This document shows, piece by piece, positions 1 through 10,807 of a stretch of 64,000 nt of DNA. The notes below the pieces were generated by a model that saw only the letters and a program-made list of their open reading frames with translations, made no database searches and had not been told where the DNA came from. Numbering within the stretch: the first letter of the stretch is position 1; the number at the start of each line of letters is the position of its first letter. The position numbers and the translations under genes were made by a program. Origin of the DNA: an uncultured Actinomycetota bacterium (GTDB lineage Bacteria > Actinomycetota > UBA4738 > HRBIN12); NCBI GenBank assembly GCA_963839395.1, contig CAWIUW010000015.1, positions 333,104-397,103 of the forward strand. The letters run 5' to 3'.

Positions 1-529
1 GGCCGCCATCGACGTCGCCGACGAGGATCAGGAGGATCCCTTGGGTATGGATCGCCATCGCTATCAGGTCCGGGTCGCGGAAACGCCGGCTCAACTCCAC
101 CGCTCGCTCGACGAGGTCTTGCGCCCGGGCCAGGTCGCCGCTGTAGCGGGCGACGGTCGCCTCCACGATCAACAGGAACCCATGACCAGCGCCCTCGGGC
201 ACGTCCTCGGCGTGCCGCCGGGCCTTCATCAACCAGCCGGCTCCCACCGCGGGGTCGCCTCGGGTGAAGTGATCGATGCTCAGGCGTGCTGCCATCGTGG
301 CCGCGTGCTCGGCATCGCCGCCCGCGACGGAAGCGGCGTAGGCGCGCTGCCGCGCCGCGGTCGATTCGTCTGTCTTCGAGAGCCACCACGCCGCATCGGC
401 GAAGGCTTCCAGGTCGTGGGGCGATAGTTCGGATGGATCCACCGCGGCGAGCTCATCGTAGGCCTCGGCCCACGACTCCCGCGCGACGGCATCTCGGCCC
501 CGTTCGATGTCAGCCGTGCGCTCTGCCAC
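1..529 (-). CDS. hypothetical helical-repeat (TPR-like) protein, N-terminal part; gene runs off the window start
   Basis: The minus-strand frame is open from 559 down to position 1, with diverse composition (..DLEAFADAAWWLSKTDEST..GWLMKARRHAEDV..LIAMAIHTQGILL). The first GTG is at 529. The overlapping plus ORF 41..427 has R/G/P-rich antisense-type composition. Confidence 0.4.
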   Translation of the reverse strand, partial: MAERTADIERGRDAVARESWAEAYDELAAVDPSELSPHDLEAFADAAWWLSKTDESTAARQRAYAASVAGGDAEHAATMAARLSIDHFTRGDPAVGAGWLMKARRHAEDVPEGAGHGFLLIVEATVARYSGDLARAQDLVERAVELSRRFRDPDLIAMAIHTQGILLILVGDVDGG

Positions 530-761
530 GCGCCATTCCCCCTCGATGGTGTTGCGGCTCTAGCTTAGGCGGAGCCAGCGGGCGGTTCCGAGACCGTCGA
601 GCGATGCCCCGTGGAGCGCAGGATCCGAGCGTCGCAGCCTCCGCCCGGCCGGAGGTACGCTTCTCGCTCCGTCAGGGAGCGCGTCCGCGTCCTGGACCTC
701 CGGCTCTCGCCAGGAAGAGGTGCTGGGGTTGGAGCCTCGCAGGAGCCGATGGACTACAAGG

Positions 762-3185
762 ATGAGTGAGGCTCCGCGACTCCGGAACTGGCGAACCGAC
801 CTGGTCATGTCGATCGCCCTGGGGGTCGCGTACTACCTAGCTGCCCAACTCAGCCTCCGACTCGCCCTCGTGGGGGAGAACATCACTCCGCTCTGGCCTC
901 CCACGGGGATCGCGCTGGTGGGGTTCCTCCTCCGCGGCCGGCGCCTGTGGCCGGGTGTGGCGATCGCTGCGTTCGCCGTCAACCTTCCGATCAGCACCTC
1001 GGGGGTGGCGGCCGCCGTGACGGCGGTCGGGAACACGCTCGCCCCGCTGGCGGCCGCCACCCTGCTGTTGCGCGTGGGATTCCGCCCCCAGCTGGACCGT
1101 CTCCGTGACGCGCTCGCGATCGTGTTCCTCGCCGCGTTGGGAGCCACCATCATCAGCGCCACGGTCGGCGCCACGACGCTGCTGGTCTCGGATGCCATCG
1201 AAGCGAGGGAGTTCTGGGGGGCCTGGTCGGTCTGGTGGGCGGGAGACGCGATGGGGATCCTCGTGGTGGCGCCGTTCCTCCTGACGCTGACGATGATCCG
1301 CTCGCATCCGGTCCCACGAGGGTGGAAGGCCGTGGAAGCGATCGCGCTCGTCGCTCGTGCTGGTCGGGATCTCGACCCTCATCGTCGTGACGGAGCTCCC
1401 GATCCCGTTCCTGCTCTTCCCGGTGCTGGGGTGGGCAGCGTGGCGTTTCCAGCAGCCCGGCGCGGCCCCCGCCGCCCTCGTCGTCTCGCTGTTCGCGACC
1501 TGGGCGGCCGTGGAGAAACGGGGGATCTTCGCCGGCCAGACGCTCTGGGAGCAGATGTTCACGCTCCAGGCGTTCAACGCCACGGTCGCGTTCATGTCCT
1601 TCTTCTTCGCGGCGGTCGTGGGCGAACGCCTCCGATCCCGGCGGGCGCTCGAGGAAGCGGCGGCAGACCTCGAGGAGCGCGTCGAGGTGCGCACGACAGA
1701 ACTCATGATCGCGAACGAGCGTCTGGCGGAGTCGCAGGAGCTCTCGCATCTCGGTTCGTGGGATTGGGACGTGGCGACGGGCGACGTGAACTGGTCCCAA
1801 CGAGATGTACCGGATCCACGGTCTGCGACCCGATTCCCCGATCACGTTCGAGCGCGTCGTCGAGTTCGCGGTGCCCGAGGATCGAGCCCGTATCCAGGCG
1901 AACGTGACGCATGCGATCGAGGAGCGGAGGGAGGTCATCCCGGACATCGAGTATCGGATCGTCCGTGAAGACGGCAGTCACGCGCGTCCTCTACGGGAAG
2001 GGGCGCGCCATCCGATCCACCGACGGTGCCGTGACACGGATGGTCGGGACGGTCCAAGACGTCACCGAGCGACGTGAGTTGGAGCGAGAGCATCGGATCG
2101 CCGACACGCTCCAGCAGGCGTTGCTTCCCGAGCGGCTCCCGCAGCTCGTCGGGATCGGTCTCGCCGCCCGGTACGTGCCCGCCGAAGAGGGCGCGGCTGC
2201 CGGCGGAGACTGGTACGACGTGATCGAGCTCCCCGACGGCCGCGTCGCCCTCGTGATCGGCGACGTCGCAGGCCACGGCACGGAGGCGGCGAGCGTCATG
2301 GGGCAGGTGCGGATGGCCGTGCGCGCCTTCAGCCTCGAGGGGCATCCCCCGAGGTTCGTGGTCGAGCGCGTGCACGACCTCCTGCGGTCCCTCTACGAAG
2401 GCGAGCAGATGGTGACGATGCTGTACCTCGTCGTGGACCCCACGACGTGGGAGGCCACGATGGTGAACGCCGGGCATCCGCCGCCTCTGTTGCTCGATGC
2501 GGCCGGCGGTGCGACCTATCTCGCGGGTCCGACCGGGTTGCCCGTCGGCCTGAACTGGAGCCTTCCGTACGAGGAATCCACGGCCCTGCTCCGGCCCGGA
2601 GCGACGCTCGTGTTGTTCACCGACGGCCTCGTCGACCGCCGAGACGTCGCCGTCGAGCAGGGCCTGGAACGACTCCTCGAGGCCGCAACGAACGGGGCCG
2701 GTGCAGACATCGATGACCTCTGCGGAGGGTTGCTCGAGACCTTGGTCCCCGCCGACGCCTCCGATGACGTCGCGATCCTCGCCGCTCGGTTCGATGCCGT
2801 TCAGGAGCGGCTCGTCCTGCACATCCCGGCGGACCCCGCGAAGCTCCGAGCCGTCCGTCGCAACATCGGCAGGTGGCTCTCCGGCCATGACGTGCCGCAG
2901 CAGGATGCGGACGACATCCTGCTTGCCAGCTCGGAAGCATGTGCGAACTCGATCGAGCACGCCTACGGTCCGGGTGAAGGATCCGTGGACATCGAGGCGA
3001 TCGCCCAGAACGGTGAGATCACGATCATCGTCCGTGACACGGGTCGATGGAGAGCGGCGCGCAACGGAGACCGGGGCCGAGGGTTGCCGCTCATCGAAGC
3101 GTGCATGGATTCATGCGACTTCACCCGCGGTCACGAAGGGACCGAGCTGCGCATGCGACGACGGGTCCCCAGGGCCACCGGATGA
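762..3185 (+). pseudogene. MASE1-PAS-PP2C (SpoIIE/RsbU-type) phosphatase-HATPase (RsbW-like) sensor, broken by three +1 frame shifts (near 1350, 1800 and 1972); may be assembly indels
   Basis: Four consecutive ORFs in frames 0/1/2/0 translate to a contiguous MASE1 membrane domain (ITPLWPPTGIALVGFLL..), a PAS domain (LGSWDWDVATGDVNWSQ / MYRIHGL..PEDRARI), a PP2C domain (GGDWYDVIELPDGRVALVIGDVAGHG) and a HATPase_c domain (GRGLPLIEACMDS). An AAGGA sits upstream of the ATG at 762. Confidence 0.7.
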
Positions 3186-3550
3186 GCGATCTCGCCACGA
3201 TCGTCTTCGATCGACACGACGACATCGTGGTCGGCGCCCTGTCGGGCGAGATCGACCTGTCCAACGCGATGGAGCTCGAAGGCGTGATCTCCGATGCCGT
3301 GCCCAACACCGTGCGGGGTCTGGTACTGGACCTTTCAGGACTCACCTACCTCGACAGCGCGGGGGTTCGATCGTTGATCTCGCTGGCCGGAAGGCTGCGG
3401 TGGCGAGGCCAGGAGCTCGTGCTCGCCGCGCCACCGGACGCTCGGTGCCGGCGCGTGCTGTCGCTGGCTGGGGTCGGCACCACGATCCCGATCGAAGCCA
3501 CCTTGCCTGAAGCGCGGTCCCAACTCCGCGATCGCGAGCCTCCCACGTAG
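3182..3550 (+). CDS. STAS-domain anti-sigma factor antagonist (SpoIIAA/RsbV-like)
   Basis: MSDLATIVFDRHDDIVVGALSGEIDLSNAMELE..LDLSGLTYLDSAGVRSLI. The start ATG overlaps the upstream stop (ATGA). Confidence 0.8.
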   Translation: MSDLATIVFDRHDDIVVGALSGEIDLSNAMELEGVISDAVPNTVRGLVLDLSGLTYLDSAGVRSLISLAGRLRWRGQELVLAAPPDARCRRVLSLAGVGTTIPIEATLPEARSQLRDREPPT

Positions 3551-3623
3551 GTCGGCGAGGGGCGCGACACGAGCCCTTCTCGGAACGATGCGATGATGCC
3601 CCCTCGAACCATGGGAGGTCACC

Positions 3624-4427
3624 GTGCCCTTCGCGCGGAACGATCTGGACGCTGCTCGCGTGTACTTCGAGGACGATGGCGGAGATGGCGTCCCCGTCGC
3701 GATCCTGGGCGGCTTCCTCGACCCGGTCGACCTCGTCCGAGGCGCTCCGATCGCCAGGTCGTTGCAGGAGCTCCCCGATGAATTCCGCCTGATCTACATC
3801 GATCATCGAGGGCACGGTCGAAGCGACAAGCCCCACGCGGATCGGGCTTACGTGATGCCCATACGGGTAGGAGATGTGGTGGCCGTCCTCGACGACCTCG
3901 GCATCGAGCGATCGCACTTCATCGGCATCTCCTGGGGCGCGAGACTTTGCTTCGGGATCGCGGAACATGCGCCCGAGCGGATCCACTCCCTGGTGACGAT
4001 CGGGCAGCAGCCCTACGCGATCGACCCGGACGGCCCGCTCGCCAGCATCGTCTCGGAGGCGTTTGCCGCCTCGAGGGAGCAGGGGATCGGAGCGCTCGTC
4101 GAGGCGTTCGAGGCGATCGCCGGACGGTATCCGGACGCCGTCCGGGAGACCTACCTCGCGTGCGACGCGGCTGCGATGCGGGCCGCGTGGCGCTCCGCGA
4201 TGGATGAGGGAGCGGTGAGCGAAGACCTCGGTTCATGGGACGTCCGCTGTCTGATCTGCGTCGGCCAGGACGACCGTGACTTCTTCGAGCAGGCGAAGCG
4301 GGCGGCGGAGGAGATCCGGAACGCGGAGTTCCTTCCGATCGGAGACACCGACCATCTGGGTGTGGACACGGCTGCGATCGATCCCGTGCTCCCCGCGGTC
4401 CTTCGCACCCTGCGCGAGACGAACTGA
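3624..4427 (+). CDS. alpha/beta-hydrolase fold protein
   Basis: 267-aa ORF with a GISWGA nucleophile-elbow-like motif and hydrolase-fold composition. Confidence 0.75.
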   Translation: MPFARNDLDAARVYFEDDGGDGVPVAILGGFLDPVDLVRGAPIARSLQELPDEFRLIYIDHRGHGRSDKPHADRAYVMPIRVGDVVAVLDDLGIERSHFIGISWGARLCFGIAEHAPERIHSLVTIGQQPYAIDPDGPLASIVSEAFAASREQGIGALVEAFEAIAGRYPDAVRETYLACDAAAMRAAWRSAMDEGAVSEDLGSWDVRCLICVGQDDRDFFEQAKRAAEEIRNAEFLPIGDTDHLGVDTAAIDPVLPAVLRTLRETN

Positions 4428-4431
4428 CTCG

Positions 4432-4516
4432 TGCGAGAGGGGGGATTCGAACCCCCACGCCCTTTCGGGCACCGGCTCCTAAGGCCGGCGCGTCTGCCGG
4501 GTTCCGCCACTCTCGC
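4432..4516 (-). tRNA. tRNA-Leu (anticodon UAG), type II with long variable arm
   Basis: Cloverleaf folded by hand. Acceptor GCGAGAG/CTCTCGC, anticodon loop CTTAGGA, 15-nt variable arm, T-arm GGGGGTTCGAATCCCCC. No encoded CCA. Confidence 0.85.
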
Positions 4517-4566
4517 GCCAACCAAGGGTAGACCCTCGTGGACGGCGAAGCCCGCCGCGCGACATC

Positions 4567-5352
4567 ATGAACGCGATGCCACGCCGCCTCCTGCTCTTCG
4601 CCGTGACGGCCACCCTGGCCGCATGTGGGGGAGGAGCGACGGCGCCGGCGGACGTGACCCCACCGGCGGTCGCGACACCACGCTCCCGGCCGAGGCCGCC
4701 CGCCGATTTCCAGGCGTCCAGGCTGCTCGCGCGCGGCGGGACGCTCGTCGCCCTCGCGCGCGAGTCGGTACTCGGGATCCATGCGGCGCCGGGGACGGAA
4801 CGTCCGTACATGGGCCTCGACGCCGCGAATCCATGGGGGCAGCCCCTCCGGCTCCTCGTGGTCCGCGGCGCGAACGACGAGGACGGCGACGTTTGGCTCC
4901 GCATCCAGCTCCCGATCTGGCCGAACGGCCAGGCGGGCTGGGTCGCCGCCTCCGACGTGCGACTCGCCGAGGCCGACGAACGCGTCGTCGTCGATCTCTC
5001 CGAGCGGAGGCTCGTGAGGCTCCGCGAGGGCAAACCGGTCGCCCGCGTCGAGGTCGCCATCGGTTCGGCCGCGACGCCCACTCCGCCCGGGCGCTACTTC
5101 GTATGGGCGAAGGTCCGGACCGACCGCCCCTCCGGACCGTACGGGAGCTTCATCCTCGGGCTCTCCGGGTTCTCCGAAGAGATCGAGCCGTGGACGGAGT
5201 GGCCAGGTCAGCCGCGACTCGCGATCCACGGGACCGACGACCCGGCCGATGCGGGACACGCCGTGAGCAAAGGGTGCGTGCGTGTCCTGAACTCACTGCT
5301 CGGAGGGCTTCGCGACGTGCCGATGGGGACTCCCGTCCTCATCCAGCCGTAG
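4567..5352 (+). CDS. L,D-transpeptidase (YkuD domain) lipoprotein
   Basis: Signal peptide with lipobox (TLAACGGG). C-terminal HGT..S.GCVR catalytic motif. Confidence 0.8.
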   Translation: MNAMPRRLLLFAVTATLAACGGGATAPADVTPPAVATPRSRPRPPADFQASRLLARGGTLVALARESVLGIHAAPGTERPYMGLDAANPWGQPLRLLVVRGANDEDGDVWLRIQLPIWPNGQAGWVAASDVRLAEADERVVVDLSERRLVRLREGKPVARVEVAIGSAATPTPPGRYFVWAKVRTDRPSGPYGSFILGLSGFSEEIEPWTEWPGQPRLAIHGTDDPADAGHAVSKGCVRVLNSLLGGLRDVPMGTPVLIQP

Positions 5353-5399
5353 ACGCCAGCCTCCCGACGCAACTCCTCCGAGGGTCGTCCCTCCTCCAC

Positions 5400-5449
5400 T
5401 TGACACCTGATTCGAGGCACGGTAGTTTACCGTCTAGTTATTTAACTAG
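5400..5449 (+). promoter_or_regulatory. putative sigma-70-type promoter (TTGACA-17-TAGTTT) followed by a 16-bp perfect palindrome CTAGTTATTTAACTAG, a likely ArsR-family operator
   Basis: AT-rich island in a GC-rich background, immediately upstream of the AGGAGG RBS of the ArsR gene. ArsR/SmtB repressors bind inverted repeats that overlap their own promoters. Confidence 0.45.
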
Positions 5450-5457
5450 GAGGTTGA

Positions 5458-5859
5458 GTGGTCACACAGTCGGATCGGCTCGATCGCACGTTCGCCGCAC
5501 TTTCGGATCCCACGCGGCGAGCGATCCTCGGCCGTCTCGCCACAGGTGAGGCCTCCGTCACCGAGCTGGCGGAGCCGTTCGACATGAGCATGCCGGCGGT
5601 CTCGAAGCACTTCAAGGTGCTCGAGCGGGCCGGGCTCATCGTGCGCGGGCGGCAGCGGCAGTGGCGGCCCGCCCGACTCGAAGCCGAGCCGCTCAAAGAG
5701 GTCGCCGACTGGACCGAGCGGTACCGGCGCTTCTGGGAGGAGCGCTACGACCGGTTGGACGACTACCTGGAAGAGCTCCAGGGACGAGGAAAGGGCCCAA
5801 CGGCCCAAGGAAAGGCCAAAGGAAAGGGAAAGGGGAAGAACGATGAGCGCAAGCGATAG
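5458..5859 (+). CDS. ArsR/SmtB-family transcriptional regulator
   Basis: Winged-helix motif LSDPTRRAILGRLATGEASVTELAEPFDMSMPAVSKHFKVLERAGLI. AGGAGG RBS. Confidence 0.85.
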   Translation: MVTQSDRLDRTFAALSDPTRRAILGRLATGEASVTELAEPFDMSMPAVSKHFKVLERAGLIVRGRQRQWRPARLEAEPLKEVADWTERYRRFWEERYDRLDDYLEELQGRGKGPTAQGKAKGKGKGKNDERKR

Positions 5860-6337
5860 GAACCAGCTCGTGACGACGACTCCGTCGGATCGGGAGATCG
5901 TGATGACCCGGGTCTTCGACGCACCGCGCGACCTCGTGTTCGAGGCGCACACCTCGTGCGAACACATGTCGAAGTGGTGGGGCCCGAGGAAGTACGAGGT
6001 CGTGGACTGCGACATCGACTTCCGCCCGGGAGGCGCGTGGCGGGTCGTGCACCGGGGTCCCGACGGCGGAGAGATCACGTTCTTCGGTGAGTACCTCGAG
6101 ATCGTCCGGCCAGAACGCATCGTCTGGACGTTCGGGTTCGACGACAACCCCGGCGGTCCGGAGACCTACACGTTCGAGGAGCATGACGGCAAGACCACGG
6201 TGACGAGTAGCGCGGTCTTCCCTTCGAAGGAGATGCGAGACGAGGTGCTCGGGTCCGGGATGGAGTCCGGAGCCATCGAGACGTACGAGCGGCTGGATGA
6301 GTACCTCGAGGTCCTCCGGGGGCGCCCGACGAGCTGA
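5843..6337 (+). CDS. SRPBCC / AHSA1 (activator of Hsp90 ATPase homolog)-domain protein
   Basis: 164 aa. ArsR-AHSA1 gene pairs are common. The start overlaps the ArsR stop. Confidence 0.75.
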   Translation: MSASDRNQLVTTTPSDREIVMTRVFDAPRDLVFEAHTSCEHMSKWWGPRKYEVVDCDIDFRPGGAWRVVHRGPDGGEITFFGEYLEIVRPERIVWTFGFDDNPGGPETYTFEEHDGKTTVTSSAVFPSKEMRDEVLGSGMESGAIETYERLDEYLEVLRGRPTS

Positions 6338-6427
6338 CGAGAGGCTCGGGAGAACGCGCCACTGCCTAGCGCGGCATGGCACGGAGGAGTCCGGGCCGGC
6401 CATCCCCGGACGGTTATCGTTCGCACC

Positions 6428-9400
6428 ATGACGCGCTGCGCCGCCTGCGGGGCGGGCAACCCCGAGGGCGCGAGGTTCTGCAATGCCTGCGGAGAGCGCT
6501 TGGATGCGCCCCCCGCGTCCGGAACGCAGTCCGGCGAACGACGCGTGGTCACGATGCTCTTCTGCGACGTACGCGGATCGACCGCGATGGCTGAGGAGCT
6601 CGACCCCGAGGAGTGGACCGACGTCATGAACGAGGCGTTCGCCCACCTCATCGCGCCGGTCGTTCGACACGAGGGCACGGTGGCCCGTCTCATGGGCGAC
6701 GCGATCCTCGCCTTCTTCGGTGCGCCCACCGCCCACGAGGACGACCCGCAGCGCGCGGTGATGGCAGGGCTCGAGATCGTCGCCTCGATCGCCGCGCTCC
6801 GCGAGAAGGTCGCCCGGGAGCGAGGGCTCGACCTGAACGTCCGCGTCGGTATCAACACCGGCCCTGTCGTCGTGGGCGACGTGGGCTCGGAGCTGAAACA
6901 GGAGTACTCGGCGATGGGTGACGCCGTGAACGTCGCCGCCCGCATGGAGCAGACCGCGGAGCCCGGCTCCGTGCAGATCACGGAGGACACCTACCGGCTC
7001 ATCGCCGACCTCTTCGAGGTGGAGGCGCTGGGCGGCGTCGAGCTCAAGGGGAAACGCCGTCCCGTGGAGTCCTATCGGGTGCTCGGTCGCCTGGACGCTC
7101 CGTGGACCGTTCGCGCTGCTCGGCGCCTTGACGCGCCGCTCGTGGGACGTGAAGACGAGATGCGCGTGATCCGCGCCGCCCTCGAGGGCGCTCGCGAGGA
7201 TCGCGGACGCGTGCTGCTCCTGTGCGGCGACCCCGGTCTGGGCAAGAGCCGGTTGATCGAAGAGGCCAACGCGATCTGGTCGGAGCTGGAGCCCGGCGAC
7301 GATCGCCGCTGGGATTTCTGGCGGTGCGTCCCCTACGACTCGATGCAGCCGTACGCGCAATACCGCCGACTGATCAGCGAGCGCGCCGGCGTCAGGGAGA
7401 CGGACGCGGCCGAGACGGTGCGGATGAAGATCGCGGACCTGATGCGGGCGATCGCTCTCCCGGGTTGGGAAGAGACGAGCACACGGGTCGCGCGGGCGCT
7501 CCTCGGTGTGGAGCTGCCGGACGAGCCGCCGCTGGAAGGCGAGGAGTTCCAGCGAAAGGCCACGGAGCTCGTCGTCGGCTCGACGGTCGCCCAGGGGGGA
7601 CGACGCCTGATCGTCTTCGAGGACCTGCACTGGTGCGACCATGCCTCGCTCGACCTGGTCCGGGCGACGACCGAGCTGGTCGTGGACGCGCCGATCGTCG
7701 TCCTGATCTCGTTCCGTCCCGACCGCGAGGCCGTCTCGTGGGGGTTGCGCGAGTGGGTCGAAACCGATCTGGCGGAGCACGCGATCGTGCTCGACCTGGA
7801 GCCGCTCACGGCGGGGGAGAGCGACGAGCTCATCGGCGCCTTCCTCCCGGTCCCGGGGATGACCGAGGAAGACCGCCGCCGGATCCTCGGCAAGACGGAG
7901 GGCAACCCCCTTTTCCTCCAGGAGGTGGCGCGGGCGCTGATCGACGGCGGCCTCGTCGAGCGCGCGAACGGCGGGTGGCGGATGACCGGGGACGCGGCGG
8001 AGATCGCGATCCCCGACACGATCCAGAGCCTGATCACGGTCGGTCTGGACCGGCTGCCCGGGACGGCTCGCGGGACCGTGCAGACGGCCGCCGTGATCGG
8101 TCGGACCTTCGCCGAGGAGCTGCTGGTCGCCGTGGTCGGCCGGCCGGAGGTCCGCGAGGATCTGGACGAGCTGGTGCGCCGCGACCTGATCCGGGTGTCG
8201 GAGGACGGCGTGCAGGGCGAGTTCACGTTCCGGCACGCACTCACGCAGGAAGCCGCGTACGGCACGCTCCTGGCGAAGCATCGGAAGGCCACGCACCGCC
8301 GGGTCGCGGAGGTGCTCGAAGAGACCGCCCGAGAGCGCCTCGAGGAGGTCGCGCCGCTGCTCGTCCGGCACTTCTCCGAGGCCGGCGAGGACGAGCCGAC
8401 CCTCACCTACTCGGCGATGGCCGGAGACGCCGCGGCGCGCCTCCACGCGAACGCCGAAGCCGAGGCCCACTACCGAACGGGGATCGACGTGGCGCGCCGG
8501 ATCGAAGCGCCGCCGTCGCTCCTCCGGACGATGTACGAGCGGCGGGGCAGCGCGCTGGAGCTGCTCGGGCGCTACGACGACGCGATCGCGAACTACGAGG
8601 AGATGCAGGCCGAGGCCGTGACGCGAGGTGACGAGGCGATGGAGCTGGCCGCCAGCTCGATGATCGCGCTCCTGTACTCGACGGCGACGCCGAAGTTCGA
8701 TCCGCCGCTGGGACGTCGACTGTCGGAAGAGGCGGTCGTGATGGCGCGCCGGATCGGGGACCGTGCAGCCGAGGCGCGTGCCCTCTGGAACATCGTGGTG
8801 GCGAACGTCTACGGCGGAGGAGACGCTTCCCGAGCTGTGGAGGCGGGCGAGGCCTCCCTGGCGATCGCGCGCGAGCTGGGCGAGCGCGAACAGGTCGCGT
8901 TCACCCTGAACGATGTGACCCGTGCGTACATGTCGCGCGGCGACTTCACGACGGCTGCCGAACGCCTGGCCGAGGCACGTGAACTCTGGGAAGAGCTCGA
9001 TAACCGCCCGATGCTCGGCGAGAATCTCACGGTCGGCAGCGCGATGCACATGCTCCACGGCGACTTCGAGGCCGCGCTCGCCGACGCGGGACACGCCGCC
9101 GAGATCTCCGCCTCGATCGACAACGCGTGGGGTGAGTCGCACGCCCTGATCACGGTCTACCGCGTCGAGCTCGAGCTCGGGCGTCTCGGAGCGGCGATGG
9201 ACACGATCGAACGAAGCATGGAGCTCGGAGAGCGGGGTGGCTTCGCCTACGCGGGGATCGCCACGCGAGCCGATCTGGGGCGGCTGATCGCCTATCTCGG
9301 AGACGGTGAACGGGGCCTCGCCCTGGCCGACGAGTCGATCGAGGTCGCGCTCGAGCGCGTTCCTCCGGCTGCTTCCATCTCGCACGTTGCGCGCGCGAAC

Positions 9401-9934
9401 GCGTTGATCGCGCTCGGCAGGCTCGGGGAGGCGCACCCGCCTCTGGACCAGGTGGACCTGATGATGCTCCCCGAGCCCGATCGGACGTTCCTGATGGTCG
9501 CGTGGCACACGACGCGTTCGCGCCTCGCGCTGGAGGAGGGCGACGTCGACGAGTCGGAGGCGATCGCTCGGGGGCTCCTCGTCGATCTCAGGAAGAACGG
9601 AGTTCGGGTCCTCCAGTCCGAGGCGCTCGTCGCTCTCGCGCGCGCCCATATGGCGGCGGGACGGGACGAGGAGGCTGGCGCCGAGCTCGCTGAGGCGATC
9701 GAGCTCGCGGAGGAGCTGGGCGAACGCCGCGTGCTCTGGGAGGCACTCGCATGCTCCGCCGATCTTCACACCCGGAGAGGAGCCGAGCCGGAGGCGGCCG
9801 ATCTCCGTCGCCGAGCGCGCGCGATCGTCGGGGAGATCGCGGCAGGGGTGTCCGACCCGGAGCTCCGCCGACGATTCCTCGCTCGAGACGACGTCCGCGA
9901 CCTGGAAGACCGCTCCAGATTCGAGGAGCGCTAG
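6428..9934 (+). CDS. multidomain regulator: N-terminal zinc ribbon + class III adenylate/guanylate cyclase + AAA/STAND NTPase + TPR repeats
   Basis: [19 protein letters not shown] zinc ribbon. Cyclase motifs [43 protein letters not shown]-loop [10 protein letters not shown]. Long TPR-like C-terminus. 1168 aa. Confidence 0.85.
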   Translation: MTRCAACGAGNPEGARFCNACGERLDAPPASGTQSGERRVVTMLFCDVRGSTAMAEELDPEEWTDVMNEAFAHLIAPVVRHEGTVARLMGDAILAFFGAPTAHEDDPQRAVMAGLEIVASIAALREKVARERGLDLNVRVGINTGPVVVGDVGSELKQEYSAMGDAVNVAARMEQTAEPGSVQITEDTYRLIADLFEVEALGGVELKGKRRPVESYRVLGRLDAPWTVRAARRLDAPLVGREDEMRVIRAALEGAREDRGRVLLLCGDPGLGKSRLIEEANAIWSELEPGDDRRWDFWRCVPYDSMQPYAQYRRLISERAGVRETDAAETVRMKIADLMRAIALPGWEETSTRVARALLGVELPDEPPLEGEEFQRKATELVVGSTVAQGGRRLIVFEDLHWCDHASLDLVRATTELVVDAPIVVLISFRPDREAVSWGLREWVETDLAEHAIVLDLEPLTAGESDELIGAFLPVPGMTEEDRRRILGKTEGNPLFLQEVARALIDGGLVERANGGWRMTGDAAEIAIPDTIQSLITVGLDRLPGTARGTVQTAAVIGRTFAEELLVAVVGRPEVREDLDELVRRDLIRVSEDGVQGEFTFRHALTQEAAYGTLLAKHRKATHRRVAEVLEETARERLEEVAPLLVRHFSEAGEDEPTLTYSAMAGDAAARLHANAEAEAHYRTGIDVARRIEAPPSLLRTMYERRGSALELLGRYDDAIANYEEMQAEAVTRGDEAMELAASSMIALLYSTATPKFDPPLGRRLSEEAVVMARRIGDRAAEARALWNIVVANVYGGGDASRAVEAGEASLAIARELGEREQVAFTLNDVTRAYMSRGDFTTAAERLAEARELWEELDNRPMLGENLTVGSAMHMLHGDFEAALADAGHAAEISASIDNAWGESHALITVYRVELELGRLGAAMDTIERSMELGERGGFAYAGIATRADLGRLIAYLGDGERGLALADESIEVALERVPPAASISHVARANALIALGRLGEAHPPLDQVDLMMLPEPDRTFLMVAWHTTRSRLALEEGDVDESEAIARGLLVDLRKNGVRVLQSEALVALARAHMAAGRDEEAGAELAEAIELAEELGERRVLWEALACSADLHTRRGAEPEAADLRRRARAIVGEIAAGVSDPELRRRFLARDDVRDLEDRSRFEER

Positions 9935-10791
9935 ACGAAGAGCGGCGTCAGGGAGCGGCGCCGCACCAGTTGCTCCATGCGCTCGTCGCTCGGGCGCTCG
10001 CCGGCGGACCGCTCGGCTGCCGCCAGCACGTGCGGCAGGAGCTGCACGTCGCCGACCGTGTTGAGGAACACGCCCTCACGGCTGAGCACCCAGTGGACCG
10101 CCAGGTCGATATCTGCCGGATCGGTCAGCGGCTCGTACCACGTGGACGCGGTCTGCGGACGACCGTCCCAGGGCGCGAGCGCGATCGACTTGATCGTCTG
10201 TACGGCGACCCCGCGCTCCGCGCACATCGTGGCCAGGGCCTCGAACTCCGCCGCGTAGCGTCCGTCCTGCAGCTGGCGGAAGTTGTAGGGGAGCAGCACC
10301 GAGTCGAACGCGAACCGCTCGAGTGCGCGGCGGTGCATGGCCGCGATCGAGAGCCCATGCCCGGTGACGCCGATGAAGCGAACGATCCCCTCTTGTCGGG
10401 CTTCGACGGCTGCCTCCAGCGCGCCACCCTCGCGCAATGCGAACTCCCACTCGATGACGTCGACGAGGTTGTGCAGCTGAAGCAGATCGATGTGATCGAC
10501 ACCCAACCGCTCGAGTGACCGGTGGAGGTCCTCTTTCGCGCTCTTGTAGTCCCGTCCATCCGTCTTTGTGGCGAGGAAGAACTCGTTCGGGTGCCTCTTG
10601 AGCCACGACGCGATCCGCAGCTCGGAATCGCCGTAGGAAGCGGCGGTGTCGATGTGATTCACGCCGTGCTCGAGGAGGAGATCGAGCGTCTGCTCGGCGT
10701 CCGCGTGCGAAACGTCGCTCAGCGCCGCTGCACCGAAGATCGTACGGGTGCTCTCGTGGCCGGTGCCACCGAACGGCGCTTTCGCGATCAC
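9931..10791 (-). CDS. aldo/keto reductase family oxidoreductase
   Basis: 286 aa, typical AKR composition ([25 protein letters not shown]). Confidence 0.8.
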   Translation of the reverse strand: MIAKAPFGGTGHESTRTIFGAAALSDVSHADAEQTLDLLLEHGVNHIDTAASYGDSELRIASWLKRHPNEFFLATKTDGRDYKSAKEDLHRSLERLGVDHIDLLQLHNLVDVIEWEFALREGGALEAAVEARQEGIVRFIGVTGHGLSIAAMHRRALERFAFDSVLLPYNFRQLQDGRYAAEFEALATMCAERGVAVQTIKSIALAPWDGRPQTASTWYEPLTDPADIDLAVHWVLSREGVFLNTVGDVQLLPHVLAAAERSAGERPSDERMEQLVRRRSLTPLFV

Positions 10792-10807
10792 ATCGTGAGC
10801 CTATCCG

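Noticed and set aside
41-427. 128-aa plus-strand ORF at the window start
   Set aside because: The opposite strand gives a far more protein-like translation (W, F, Y, K, I content). This ORF is R/G/P-rich antisense-type.
6380-6427. GGAGGAGTCCGGGCC resembling the RNase P RNA P4/5' consensus
   Set aside because: Only about 90 nt of non-coding DNA are available and no further RNase P helices could be traced.
5693-9769. 1358-aa minus-strand ORF
   Set aside because: Lies exactly antisense to the 1168-aa cyclase-STAND-TPR gene. Its composition is dominated by R, G, P, A and D, typical of GC-rich antisense frames, and it has no recognisable domains.
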